NCBI GenBank assembly: GCA_963736115.1
Contig: CAVTNR010000022.1
Span: 32,001-96,000, forward strand
Direction: 5' to 3'
Source: an uncultured bacterium
GTDB lineage: Bacteria > Zhuqueibacterota > QNDG01 > DTFT01
Length of the DNA stretch: 64,000 nt
Both the position numbers and the translations under genes were made by a program. Shown here piece by piece: positions 35,930-45,845 of the stretch; position 1 is the stretch's first letter, and each line of letters starts with the position of its first letter. Below the pieces are notes generated by a model. It made no database searches, was not told where the DNA came from, and was given only the letters and a program-made list of their open reading frames with translations.

Positions 35930-36208
35930 CGGCAGAACGCGATCCCGGAGTCCCGTCGAGAATGCTGTCGGATGAACGGATTATTCTCGCCTTTGATCCA
36001 GGAGACCCCGGAGTCCGATGATTGACAAGAGCGTAGCATATGAAGTGCCGGAGAGACTGCGACCGTGCCGGTCGGCTTCAAGGCGCTCGGCACGTACGGG
36101 TTCAAGCCGGAGGAGAGAGAACGCGAAATAACCGATATGCCGTCATCTGTCATGACGGGAAAAAGTCTGCGGGCGCTTATGCGTGTTTGAAACGAAAGGA
36201 AAAAGTGA

Positions 36209-36604
36209 ATGGAAGACCTGATCAACCAATATGCCGAGGTGAAAGCCGATCCCAGGGGTAAAACCCTGTCGGTGAAGTTCCTGAAATTCGTCCCATTTCA
36301 GGAATTCGTCAAGATCGTGGAGCACGAGTTCGCACTTGTCAAACACCATCAGTTGAAGAAATGCATCATCGACCTGCGCCAGATCCCCGTGTACGACAAG
36401 GGCATGCCGGAATACGTCAAGGACGTGTGGTTTCCGACCGCCATCTCGCTCGGCATCAAATGCGCCGCGTTCGTTGTCCCTGAGGCCGTTCTGGGGCAGA
36501 TGACCATGTCCAAGGCCCACGAAAAGGCCGAAGAAATACCGGTTCTCGAGGTCAATCATTTCAAGGACGTCGAGCCGGCGATGGAGTGGCTGAACGCCCG
36601 TTAA
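36209..36604 (+). CDS. STAS/SEC14-like (SpoIIAA-like) small protein
   Basis: Pattern IIDLR...WFP.A...GIK..AFVVP...HFKDVEPAMEWL. Confidence 0.7.
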   Translation: MEDLINQYAEVKADPRGKTLSVKFLKFVPFQEFVKIVEHEFALVKHHQLKKCIIDLRQIPVYDKGMPEYVKDVWFPTAISLGIKCAAFVVPEAVLGQMTMSKAHEKAEEIPVLEVNHFKDVEPAMEWLNAR

Positions 36605-36656
36605 GGCGCATGCGGGTTAGTTCATGTTTGAACGCGCTTTGTGCTTCTGCCGCATT

Positions 36657-36808
36657 GAAGCTCCCCGCGGCTCGCTACGAGGGATCTATCTATTTTATTT
36701 ATGAATTATTGAAGATGAGCCGCGGGGAATCTTCTATCTGTAGTGAAGAAGATATTTTTTATTCGCTCGCTTACCCCGCCGCTTGCGGCGGGGTAAGCGA
36801 GCGATCAG
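36657..36808 (+). mobile_element. Non-autonomous palindromic element (MITE), flanked by ATT
   Basis: Starts GAAGCTCCCCGCGG, contains the perfect palindrome CGCTCGCTTACCCCGCCGC-tt-GCGGCGGGGTAAGCGAGCG, and interrupts a sequence that is intact at 35820-35838. Confidence 0.75.
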
Positions 36809-36912
36809 ATTCAGGCCTAGGAGTACACGGCCGTGAGGAAGATGGTGTTGATGGAGTGACGTTTCACATGCGACGCACCTTCAGGCTGATTAATAGGTGC
36901 GTCGCATGCGGC
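36809..36912 (+). pseudogene. Remnant of a sorting-domain gene 3' end plus its hairpin (copy of 35830-35933)
   Basis: ATTCAGGCC...ACGGCCGTGAGGAAGATGGTGTTGATGGAGTGA aligns with the end of gene 33250-35880 at a constant 979-bp offset. Confidence 0.75.
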
Positions 36913-36926
36913 TGTCCTAAAGTGTG

Positions 36927-36966
36927 AACGCTCCGGGAGGATTTAAACCTTCCGGAGCGTTTTTTT
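36927..36966. terminator. Intrinsic terminator
   Basis: AACGCTCCGGGAGG-atttaaa-CCTTCCGGAGCGTT followed by a T-run. Confidence 0.7.
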
Positions 36967-37030
36967 ACCTGTGAAGTACTACGAAGACAGAGGATCGCAC
37001 GTGCCTGGCAAATCCTCATCGAAGAATTTC

Positions 37031-39052
37031 TCAATAATAAAAACTTAGTCCGAACGTCGAGCTCGGCCGTAAAGTATACCCGACCCAGGTCCAGCTCGAG
37101 CTGAGCTCAAAAGTGAGACTCGTAATCGCTCCGGCCACACCTCCCTCGCCGGATGCCTCGTAGCGGAAACCGTTATCCAGGATCAATGGGGCGGAGCTGG
37201 CCGTTCCGGTGATTGTGACATCGGCCCATCCGGGGCTTCCCAGGTTGCCCCTGGTTTTGGCTGAATATGTCACGGAACCCGGGCTGCAGATCACGGTCAC
37301 GCTGCCGTCCGTCGTGCTGTTCACGCCCGAAAGAACATTGCCGTTCCACGTGACATCCGCGCTCCAAGTGAAGGAACAGGGATAGGTTTTCTCCTCATCC
37401 TTGTAATTCAGCCATTGGGTGTCAACGACCATGATGCCGCCAATGACTTTTTTGACCCGCGAGAAATCAATGTCGCTTCTGAGCCTCTTCACGTTCGTCC
37501 ACCTGAAGTCGACGTATTCGAGCGTCTGATTGTCGACGAAGCCCTTGACATAGAACCCGATTTTGTTGTCCCCTATCTTCAGGGGAATGGGCAGAATACC
37601 CTTGTTCGAAGACCCGCCTTTTCCCAGATACGCGCCTGCGCCGTCGTATGCCTCAAACACCTGGTAATGGTCCGTGTCCGCGATCCATATCGGGGTTTCG
37701 ATCGACCTGCAGTGCACCATAAGCGAGTCCGCGTAGGTGCTCAGGGTGTCGATCAACTCCGAGCCAGGCGCATTCCGCGCCCATAGCGTGTATTCGGGGA
37801 ACCGGTCGTTTCCGATGGTTCCGTTCTGAAATTCGGGCCATCGCTCTGAAATTTTCGACCACTCGATGTGCGTTGTTTTCGCCGCGTATCCGATCTGGTC
37901 GAACACCGTGCCCGGGCCGCCCGCGACCAGGGCGGACGAGTAGGGAAGGAGCGCGCCGTTCCGGTATTCGATCACCCGTGTCTTGTTGTTCGGATGGTTG
38001 GGGTCCGCGATATAAAGGGACCCCGTGGAAGGGACGATCTTGTAAACGATCATCGCGTGACCGGCTCCGGTCGCCCTTTCGCGGATCAGGACGTACTGCG
38101 GCTCGCCGGTCAGGAGCATCGCGAAGATGAAGGCGTACCACGAGAGATACGGCTTCTGCGTCTGAAATTCAAGTCGTTCGATCCAGCGGTCGAAGTTCTG
38201 GTCCTTCTGCAGGGTCGAGCTGAACCGGTATCCCCGCGGATTATCGTACCAGTTCCGGTACGCGTCCGCGGGGTTGTTCACCGTGTCGTACCGGTGGTTC
38301 AGGGCCGGTTCCTGTGCCAGACGCTTCTCGTAATAGTACCACATCGCGGCCATGGACTGGCCCGCGCAGTGGCCGCCGGGCGCGATGTATGACCCGTAGT
38401 TGGGGAATTCCCAGTCGTCTCTGCCGGGCTCGAAGCCGCTCGTGAGCGTCACCTGGTCATCCAGAAAGGAAGTCAGAATCGAAGCGATCACCATATTCCC
38501 GACGGCGCTTGCGGAGCCCCTGAAAAGCCCCTTGCGCAGGGATGCGCCCGACGGGGAGAGGTGCCGCGTCGAGAGCGTGACCGAGACGGAATCGATGTCC
38601 TCCACAGGAATCGGCTCCAGCGTTTCGGACACCTCGTCGTAGAAGAATCCCATGGCGAAGTGCCCGTCCGGAACCCGAGCCGGCACTTTCACGGTCATCG
38701 GGGTTTCGCAATACCCGCTTTCGGAGGCGATTTGGATCATGGGCGAGATCGGGTTGAAGCGGCTCCCCAGTTCGTGCGACGTGATCTCGGCGGCCGACAC
38801 CACAAACTGCCGGGACGCGTCGAACCCCCCGGCCGGGACCGTGATTTCGAATCCGTCGAGCGGGTCGCCGGGTTTGTTGATGCGGACCGTGCCGCCGGAC
38901 GCCGCGACCTGCAGCGTGCCGACTTCGGCCATGGAGCCGGTGAGGATGCGCCCCATGGAACCGTTTCCCGGCTTCAACGGGCCGCCGTCGTCCTTGCAGG
39001 AGAAGAAGGTCAGGAGGAGCGGGAGAATGAGGATGCGGCACAGGTTTTTCAT
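37031..39052 (-). CDS. Large lipoprotein with a putative papain-like Cys-His-Asp domain
   Basis: Start MKNLCRILILPLLLTFFS-C (lipobox) with SD GAGGG. Motifs GGHCAGQS, GHAMIVY, YIADPN. Confidence 0.75.
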   Translation of the reverse strand: MKNLCRILILPLLLTFFSCKDDGGPLKPGNGSMGRILTGSMAEVGTLQVAASGGTVRINKPGDPLDGFEITVPAGGFDASRQFVVSAAEITSHELGSRFNPISPMIQIASESGYCETPMTVKVPARVPDGHFAMGFFYDEVSETLEPIPVEDIDSVSVTLSTRHLSPSGASLRKGLFRGSASAVGNMVIASILTSFLDDQVTLTSGFEPGRDDWEFPNYGSYIAPGGHCAGQSMAAMWYYYEKRLAQEPALNHRYDTVNNPADAYRNWYDNPRGYRFSSTLQKDQNFDRWIERLEFQTQKPYLSWYAFIFAMLLTGEPQYVLIRERATGAGHAMIVYKIVPSTGSLYIADPNHPNNKTRVIEYRNGALLPYSSALVAGGPGTVFDQIGYAAKTTHIEWSKISERWPEFQNGTIGNDRFPEYTLWARNAPGSELIDTLSTYADSLMVHCRSIETPIWIADTDHYQVFEAYDGAGAYLGKGGSSNKGILPIPLKIGDNKIGFYVKGFVDNQTLEYVDFRWTNVKRLRSDIDFSRVKKVIGGIMVVDTQWLNYKDEEKTYPCSFTWSADVTWNGNVLSGVNSTTDGSVTVICSPGSVTYSAKTRGNLGSPGWADVTITGTASSAPLILDNGFRYEASGEGGVAGAITSLTFELSSSWTWVGYTLRPSSTFGLSFYY

Positions 39053-39105
39053 GGTTCCCTCGCTTGATTGGATGCGTCCGGAGGGGAAGGCCAGGGCCGC
39101 GGAAT

Positions 39106-39193
39106 CTGTCAGCGAGCGCATTCCCCGCGGCTTGTCTTCAACAATCAGGCATATAATCGATTGGTCCCGCGCAGTGGGTCGGCGGGGAGCTTC
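39106..39193 (-). mobile_element. Second, internally shortened copy of the MITE (inverted), flanked by AAT
   Basis: AAT-CTGTCAGCGAGCGCATTCCCCGCGGC...GGCGGGGAGCTTC-AAT; termini match 36657-36808. Confidence 0.65.
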
Positions 39194-39599
39194 AATCCCG
39201 CAACCCTTTTTACGCGATAGGCGGACCAGGGCGCGGCGGGATGGGAAAAGCCCATGGTCCGATACCATATAAGAAAAGTAATTTTCGGGTGAATTGCAAG
39301 GGGAAATGGTATCGGCGTTGGTGTCATTTGCGACGCTATGGATCCTTCGGGATTTCACAATCCCGGGCGTAAGATGGTGCCGGGCTTCTATGCCCGGCTA
39401 ATCCATCATGGTTATCGGGGCAGAGCCCCGATGGTGACGCGCCCCGGGATGTAACTCCGGGGCGTATCCGGAATCCGGCCAGATGCGCAAAACCGGGTTG
39501 AAAATCCATCCGTAGAGTCATCACGCCAGATAAAAAGCGGACCCCCCGAGGGCCGAAAGCGCCGCACCCGGGAGGTCCGCCTCTGATCCGATCGTTCGG

Positions 39600-41432
39600 T
39601 CACTTTTTGGAGGCTTTGACCGCGATCGCGTTCTTCACCATTCCGACGAAATCCGCGAATTTTTCATCACCGGCCAGTTCCGCCTTCGCCTTCTCGGCGA
39701 CCGCGAGCACTTCCTCGAGCGACCCTTCCTTCGCCCAGTAGCTTCCCCGCAGGATTTCCGCGAATTCCGCGACCGCGGCGGCCGCGCGGAACCGGCCGGA
39801 CGCGGTTTCGAAGGATGCGGTTAAATCGCCCGTTCGGACGGGATGCGCGATCTCCCGCGTGTTTTCGCCGTTCTCGTCCTTGAACCGGAGTCTCACCGTT
39901 CCCAGCGGCTTTCCGCGCCTGTTTTCCGCGAGCTTCAGCTCGTACAGCGCCGTCACGGTGTGTCCGGCGCCGACTTCTCCGGCGTCGACCCTGTCGTTCC
40001 GGAAATCCCGGTCCGCGACGTCCCGGTTCTCGTACCCGAGCAGGCGCCAGCGTTCCACCGCGTCCGGGTCGAACGCCGTCTGGATTTTGACGTCTTTGGC
40101 GATGACCTGCAGCATCCCTGTCAGGCCGCCGGTGAAAATACGGCGCGCCTCGGTGAAGGTGTCGACGTAGTAGTAGTTGCCGTCCCCGTCGTCCGCCAGC
40201 CGCTCCATCAGCACATCGTTGTAATTGCCCATTCCGAATCCGACGGCCGTCAGCGTGATGCCCCTGTCCCTGTGGCTTCGGATGGTCTTCAAAATGCCCT
40301 CCGATCCCGTTTTCCCGACGTTGGCCACGCCGTCCGAACAGAGGATTACCCGGTTGATCGCGTCTTTCCGGAAGCCCTCCTCCGCCATTCCGTAGCCGAT
40401 ACGCAGGCCCTCCTCGGCGTACGTGGATCCGGCCGTCCGCAGCCCGTCGATCGCCTCCTCGATGCGTTCCCGCTCGCGGATGGACGTGTGGTCCAGCACC
40501 TTGCGTCCGGCGGATTCGTACACCGCGATGCCGACCCGGTCGGTTTCCTTCAGGTTGTCGAGGAGCACGCGCAGGCTTTTCTTGACCAGCTCCAGACGGT
40601 CCTCTCTCTGCATGGAACCCGACACGTCGATGACGAAGGTGAGGACCGCGTCCTTCCGGTTCTCGACCGCGACCGGTTTTCCCTGGATGCCGATTTTCAG
40701 GAGCACTTTGTTGCCTTCGCCGAAACGGGAGGGGGCGGCCTCGGTGTAGACGGCGAACGGTTGGTCCCGCGGGGGCGGCGGGTAGTTCCAGTCGAAATAG
40801 TTGACGAACTCCTCCACGCGGACCGCGTCCCTGTCGGGCATGCTGCCCCGGCCGAGATAATTGCGCGCGAGCGTGTACGAGGCGTTGTCCACATCGATGG
40901 AAAAAGTGGACAGCGAATCGTCGTCGGTATCCACGAACGGGTTGACGCCGTAATTCTCGAAGAACATGGAGTCGTATTCCTCGTCATTGGGCAGCGTGTT
41001 GCCGCCGTAAACGGGGACCTTGACAGACGAAAAGGCGGGCGGAGGAAGCGCCCACGACTCACCGGCTTTCGTGGCGAAGACGATAACCGGCTGGAGCCGG
41101 TCGATGGACAGCGCCGTCAGTGTGAAATCGACGCGGACAGTCGAATCGTTCCGGACGGTCACTCCTCTCGCGAAGGCGGATTGATAACCGATGAGGTTGC
41201 ATTGAAGCTCATAGTCGCCGGCTTTGACTGAAACCGAATAATGACCCTGGGGATCGCTGACCGCGCCCTTGTCCGTTCCGACGAGGGAAATGACGGCCCC
41301 GGGCACCGGGTTTCCGGCCGAGTCCGCGACGGTCCCGATGATTCTGCCGAAAGACCCGGCGATGGCGGCCTGCGTCCCGGCAAGCAGGGCCAGCGCAAGA
41401 ATCCAGCCGCGGAAAAAGGTTCTCCCTGTCAT
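39600..41432 (-). CDS. YfbK-like vWA-domain protein with N-terminal carboxypeptidase-regulatory-like domain
   Basis: Signal peptide, STFSIDVDNASY, VRVEEFVNYF, MIDAS DVSGS, SDGVANVG, LLGYENR, DAGEVGAGH.VTALYE. Confidence 0.9.
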   Translation of the reverse strand: MTGRTFFRGWILALALLAGTQAAIAGSFGRIIGTVADSAGNPVPGAVISLVGTDKGAVSDPQGHYSVSVKAGDYELQCNLIGYQSAFARGVTVRNDSTVRVDFTLTALSIDRLQPVIVFATKAGESWALPPPAFSSVKVPVYGGNTLPNDEEYDSMFFENYGVNPFVDTDDDSLSTFSIDVDNASYTLARNYLGRGSMPDRDAVRVEEFVNYFDWNYPPPPRDQPFAVYTEAAPSRFGEGNKVLLKIGIQGKPVAVENRKDAVLTFVIDVSGSMQREDRLELVKKSLRVLLDNLKETDRVGIAVYESAGRKVLDHTSIRERERIEEAIDGLRTAGSTYAEEGLRIGYGMAEEGFRKDAINRVILCSDGVANVGKTGSEGILKTIRSHRDRGITLTAVGFGMGNYNDVLMERLADDGDGNYYYVDTFTEARRIFTGGLTGMLQVIAKDVKIQTAFDPDAVERWRLLGYENRDVADRDFRNDRVDAGEVGAGHTVTALYELKLAENRRGKPLGTVRLRFKDENGENTREIAHPVRTGDLTASFETASGRFRAAAAVAEFAEILRGSYWAKEGSLEEVLAVAEKAKAELAGDEKFADFVGMVKNAIAVKASKK

Positions 41433-41951
41433 GACGAGCCTCCCTTCATGGTTCTTCAGCGGATTGCCGATTGGGGAAATCGGATGTGGAAAGATCCGTG
41501 TCCGGGCGCCGCGTATCGCCAGGCCGCGGAAGCAGGATCGTGTTCCCTCCATGCGGTTTTTCAGGCGCGTTTTATATATCATTATACAAAGACGAAAGTG
41601 ATTGGTTCCCGGCAACCGGTTTTGAACTTTTTTTGCGAAAAACCCCGGTCATCCCGATCCGGTTTTTTGTCCGCTCGCGGGTCCGAATCTTGATTTTGTT
41701 CGTTCTTTTTCGAATCTTCCAATCACACTGTACAATCCGGCAATCGCCCCGGTTTCCGGTTCCGCCGGGAACAGAAGGAGGAAATGGAATCAGCAGGAGG
41801 ATGGGTGACATCGTTTTTGGTCTGGCGGTGTTCGTACTGTCCGTCCGCTTGTCCGGCGGCGAATCCCAGGCCGTCCTGACCGCCGAGCCCCGGAACCGGG
41901 CCCGCCTCGGACATGCTTGCTTTCAACCCGTAAAGTTGATATATTATTGCC

Positions 41952-43091
41952 ATGAAACGCGTCGTCCTGCTCGTCGAAACCTCCCGGGAATTCGGCCGCC
42001 AGCTCATCATTGGCATCGCGCGCTATGCCCGCCTGCACGGGCCGTGGTCCTTCTACAAGGAACCCATCGGCCTGAAGTCGTCCATCCCGCACCTGACGCG
42101 GTGGAAGCCGGATGGCATTATCATGCGCGATTCCATGATCAACAAGGAACTGCTGAAGCTGAACATCCCGTCGGTGCTCGCCATCCACAGCTCGGATTAT
42201 CCGAAAAACCTTCCCGTCATACGCACCGATTCCCGCGCCATCGCGAAAATGGCCAGCGGCCACCTCGTGCAAAAGGGGTTCACGCGTTTCGCGTACTGCG
42301 GCATGGACGGCTACGAGTGGTCGGACGAGAGGAAGAAGTACTTCGCCGGATTCAATTCCGAAGCCGGGTTCCAGACTCACGAATACGCGGGGCCGAAGGG
42401 CCGCAAGGTGAAGGACTGGGAGGAGGAGCAGAAACGCATCGGCGAATGGCTGAAAACCGTTCCCAAGCCGGTCGGTCTGATGACCTGCAATGACGATCAG
42501 GGCCAGCACGTGCTGGAGGTCTGCAAGCGGACCGGGTTCCGGGTGCCCGAGGATGTGGCCGTGCTGGGCGTGGACAATGACCCCATGATCTGCGAAATCG
42601 GCGATCCGCCGCTCTCGAGCATCAACCTGAACGTCGAATCCGCGGGATACGAGGCCGCACGGCTCCTGGATGATCTGTTCCGGGGCAAGAAAATGCGCGG
42701 CCAGCAGATCTTCGTCACCCCGACCCATGTGGTCCAGCGGCAGTCCACGGACATTCTGGCCGTGAGTGACCCGGAGGTGGCGGCGGCCATGCGCTACATC
42801 CGGTCCAACGCGAAGAATAAGATGCTGGTGATGGACGTGGTCCGGCAGACCCGGGTCAGCCGGCGGACGCTCGAACAGCGCTTCAAGAAAACCGTGCACA
42901 AGTCCGTGTACGATGAAATCCGGCAGGTGCGCGTCGAATGGATCAGCCGCCTGCTGATGGAAACCGACCTTCCGATCTCGCAGATCACCGCGCTCTTCAA
43001 TTTTACCGATGTGGAACACATCTCGCGCTATTTCCGCAAGGAAAAGGGCATGGGCCTGCGCGAGTTCCGGAAACTGCATCAGCCGAAGTGA
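41952..43091 (+). CDS. xylR: XylR-type regulator (periplasmic-binding-like domain + AraC HTH)
   Basis: PKPVGLMTCND, VPEDVAVLGVDND, PPLSSI, RQSTD, SRRTLEQRF. Confidence 0.88.
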   Translation: MKRVVLLVETSREFGRQLIIGIARYARLHGPWSFYKEPIGLKSSIPHLTRWKPDGIIMRDSMINKELLKLNIPSVLAIHSSDYPKNLPVIRTDSRAIAKMASGHLVQKGFTRFAYCGMDGYEWSDERKKYFAGFNSEAGFQTHEYAGPKGRKVKDWEEEQKRIGEWLKTVPKPVGLMTCNDDQGQHVLEVCKRTGFRVPEDVAVLGVDNDPMICEIGDPPLSSINLNVESAGYEAARLLDDLFRGKKMRGQQIFVTPTHVVQRQSTDILAVSDPEVAAAMRYIRSNAKNKMLVMDVVRQTRVSRRTLEQRFKKTVHKSVYDEIRQVRVEWISRLLMETDLPISQITALFNFTDVEHISRYFRKEKGMGLREFRKLHQPK

Positions 43092-43159
43092 GTCCGGTTG
43101 GTCTGCGACGCACGTTGAAGGGGCGTTGCAGTTGAGCGCGCCGTACGTCGTCCGGTCCT

Positions 43160-43457
43160 TGCGCAATCCGGTGATAAAAATGTGAATTCTGGCTTCTTTT
43201 TCCCCGCGCGTTTTGCTATACTATCCTTCGGTTCCCGGTCAAGAGCCGGGGCCCTTTCGACAGGGAGGCGCATCCGGCAGGACCCGGTCCGGCGGCTCCC
43301 GTTTTCTCCGGGGCATGACCCTGCTGAAAGGGAAGAATACGGGCCCGAGATTCCCTTCCCGGGCCTGAATAAAGCGGCCGCCTTCCGGATCAAGGCGGCC
43401 GCCTCTTTTTCGTCGGCCATGTGCGCGATCTGGTTGAAAAAAGGTCAAACTTGGCTT
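43160..43457 (+). promoter_or_regulatory. Two copies of a 36-bp motif, candidate XylR operators
   Basis: 43160 TGCGCAATCCGGTGATAAAAATGTGAATTCTGGCTT and 43422 TGCGCGATCTGGTTGAAAAAAGGTCAAACTTGGCTT align without gaps. Confidence 0.5.
43374..43410 (+). terminator. Intrinsic terminator between xylR and the first GH43
   Basis: GCGGCCGCCTT-ccggatc-AAGGCGGCCGC followed by CTCTTTTT. Confidence 0.65.
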
Positions 43458-43543
43458 TGCTTTTCAGCGGCCAATGCATATCGTACGATCCGAAAGCTCC
43501 GGGCCCCGCGTGCCCGAACCATCCCACAGCAAGAGGTCCTGAC

Positions 43544-45802
43544 ATGAAGCAGTTCATCCGTGCACTCGCCTTTGGCTGGCTGGCCGCGTCCGCCATCGCC
43601 GGCTCCGCGTCCTTTTCAACATACATGAACCCGATTTTCCCGGGTGACCATCCGGATCCGACCCTGTCCCGTTTTGGAGATGACTACTACACGACAGGGT
43701 CTTCTTTCGCCACTTCACCCATTATCTGGCATTCCAAGGACCTGGTCCACTGGGAGGCGGTTTCCCAGCCCGTGAGCAACTCATGGTCCATGTTCGGAAC
43801 CGGCGCCTCGGACGGCATCTGGGGCGGCCACCTGGTGTTCCACGGCGAGAAATACTGGCATTTCTTTGGACGCTCCGGCCGGATGTTCTTCGTCACCGCG
43901 GACAGCCCGGCCGGGCCGTGGACCGCGCCCAGGGAAGTGGCCTGCCCCGCGTCCGTGCCCGGGCTCGGCATGGACAATGCCATATTCATTGATGATGACG
44001 GGAGCTGGTACCTGCTGGTCAAGAACGGCCAGTCGAACAACTGGATCGTTCAGCTGGGCGAAAACGGCCAGCCGTCCGGCGCCATACTGGACCTGCGCTG
44101 GATCAATCCCGCGCCCGCATACCCCTACAGCTGGGCCGAGGGCCCGGTGATGTGGAAGTCAGGCGGGTGGTACTATTATTCCTTCGCCATCCATATCTAC
44201 GCCACACAGCGCGTCATGCGCAGCCGTGACCTCACGGCCGACCAGTCCGAATGGGAGTTTCTCGGCAATCTGTTCAATGAGAACGATCCCAAGAAGGGCG
44301 CATCCCTGTATTCCATGCCGAATCACAGCTCGCCCGCGGTCATGGCCGGGGACAGCACCTGGTGGGTGATCTCCCAGTCCTTCGGCACGAGCGAGTGGCA
44401 GGGGCTGGGCCGGCAGGGACTGCTGAGCCAAATCCGGTACGACGCGGACGGAAAACCGGTCGCGGATTTTCCGATTAACGAACCGGCGCAGGCCCCGGCC
44501 CTGACCAGCGGCGGCATTCCCTGGACCGTGCCCAGGTCGGATTTCTTCGATTCGGACAAGCTGAATCCCGAATGGCGGCTCGTGGGCTATTCTCCCACCA
44601 GCCCTTATTCCCTGACCGCCAGGCCGGGCTGGATCAGGCTCACCCAGCAGAACCAGCACGGCACGGTCATCAAGAACGACGCGGAACATAATTACAGCCT
44701 CATCACCAAAGTCGATTTCGAGCCTGAGAATCAGGATCAGGAGGCGGGGCTCCGGATTATGACGGGCAAGCAGACGGTGTCCGCCAGGCTGTTCAGCGCG
44801 AAGGACGGCGGGGGCGCGCCGATCGTGGTCTTCGCCTTCGGCACGACCCGCCACGAGGCGGACAATACGGCCGGACGCACGGTCTGGCTCAAGATCGTGC
44901 GGTCGAACCACTCCCTGACCGGTTATTTCAGCGCGGACGGACGCGAATGGACCAAAGTCGGGGAGCCGGTCAACGTTTCCACCATGGACGTTCAGCAGCC
45001 CGATTACAACGCGTTCACGGGCAATCACCAGGGCCCGTACGTCATCGGCTCGAAGCCCGCGGATTTCGACCTCTACATCTACCGCGACGCCTACACGCCG
45101 ATTCTGGCTGAATGCCCGGCGAACCAGTTCGGCACGACCCGGGGTTATGCCAGCCCGGCCTTCCTGCTGGACAACATCCATGAAGGCGACTGGGCCCTGT
45201 ACGCGGGCGTGGAATTCGGGGGGGCTGATTATCCCATGATCCCGGATTCGGTGAAATTCACGGCGTCCAGCGCCGGTTCCGGCGGCACGGTCGAGGTCTG
45301 GCTCGATTCCCTGGACACCGGAGTGAAGATCACGGAATGCGCCGTCTCCGGGACAGGCGCGTGGAAGACGTTCCAGGTTTTCTCCGCTCCGGTGAGCGCG
45401 GTTTCGGGACGACATGACGTCTACCTGAAATTCAGGGGCGCGGGAACAACCAAACTGTTCCAGGTGCGGGAATTCGTGTTCACACCGAAGCCGGCCAATG
45501 CCGTGCCCGGAACGGACCCGATGGGTTCGCGGCAACCGGAGCAGTTCGGTCTGTCCCAGAATTTTCCCAATCCCTTCAACGCGGCCACGACGATCGCCTA
45601 CCGCCTCCCGTCCAAAGCGGACGTATCTCTGAAAATATTCGATCTGGCGGGCCGGGAAGCCGCGACTCTGGTTGAGGCCGCCCGTCCTGCGGGCGAGCAT
45701 GAAGTGAACTGGGATGCGTCCTCGGTTTCGAGCGGCATTTATTTCTACAGGCTGAAGGCGGATGGTTTCTCGGACATGAAAAAGCTCGTGCTCGTGAAAT
45801 GA
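43544..45802 (+). CDS. GH43 xylosidase/arabinofuranosidase + CBM6 + sorting domain
   Basis: NPIFPGDHPDP, MDNAIFIDDDG, WAEGP, CBM6-like VSGRHDVYLKF, QNFPNPFN. Confidence 0.9.
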   Translation: MKQFIRALAFGWLAASAIAGSASFSTYMNPIFPGDHPDPTLSRFGDDYYTTGSSFATSPIIWHSKDLVHWEAVSQPVSNSWSMFGTGASDGIWGGHLVFHGEKYWHFFGRSGRMFFVTADSPAGPWTAPREVACPASVPGLGMDNAIFIDDDGSWYLLVKNGQSNNWIVQLGENGQPSGAILDLRWINPAPAYPYSWAEGPVMWKSGGWYYYSFAIHIYATQRVMRSRDLTADQSEWEFLGNLFNENDPKKGASLYSMPNHSSPAVMAGDSTWWVISQSFGTSEWQGLGRQGLLSQIRYDADGKPVADFPINEPAQAPALTSGGIPWTVPRSDFFDSDKLNPEWRLVGYSPTSPYSLTARPGWIRLTQQNQHGTVIKNDAEHNYSLITKVDFEPENQDQEAGLRIMTGKQTVSARLFSAKDGGGAPIVVFAFGTTRHEADNTAGRTVWLKIVRSNHSLTGYFSADGREWTKVGEPVNVSTMDVQQPDYNAFTGNHQGPYVIGSKPADFDLYIYRDAYTPILAECPANQFGTTRGYASPAFLLDNIHEGDWALYAGVEFGGADYPMIPDSVKFTASSAGSGGTVEVWLDSLDTGVKITECAVSGTGAWKTFQVFSAPVSAVSGRHDVYLKFRGAGTTKLFQVREFVFTPKPANAVPGTDPMGSRQPEQFGLSQNFPNPFNAATTIAYRLPSKADVSLKIFDLAGREAATLVEAARPAGEHEVNWDASSVSSGIYFYRLKADGFSDMKKLVLVK

Positions 45803-45845
45803 ACCGGGGCCCGACCCGGTCCGCATCAGGAGAAACATCGACCCC

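Noticed and set aside
39053-39358. N-terminal extension of the 775-aa ORF
   Set aside because: It runs through a MITE. The lipoprotein signal and SD point to a start at 39052.
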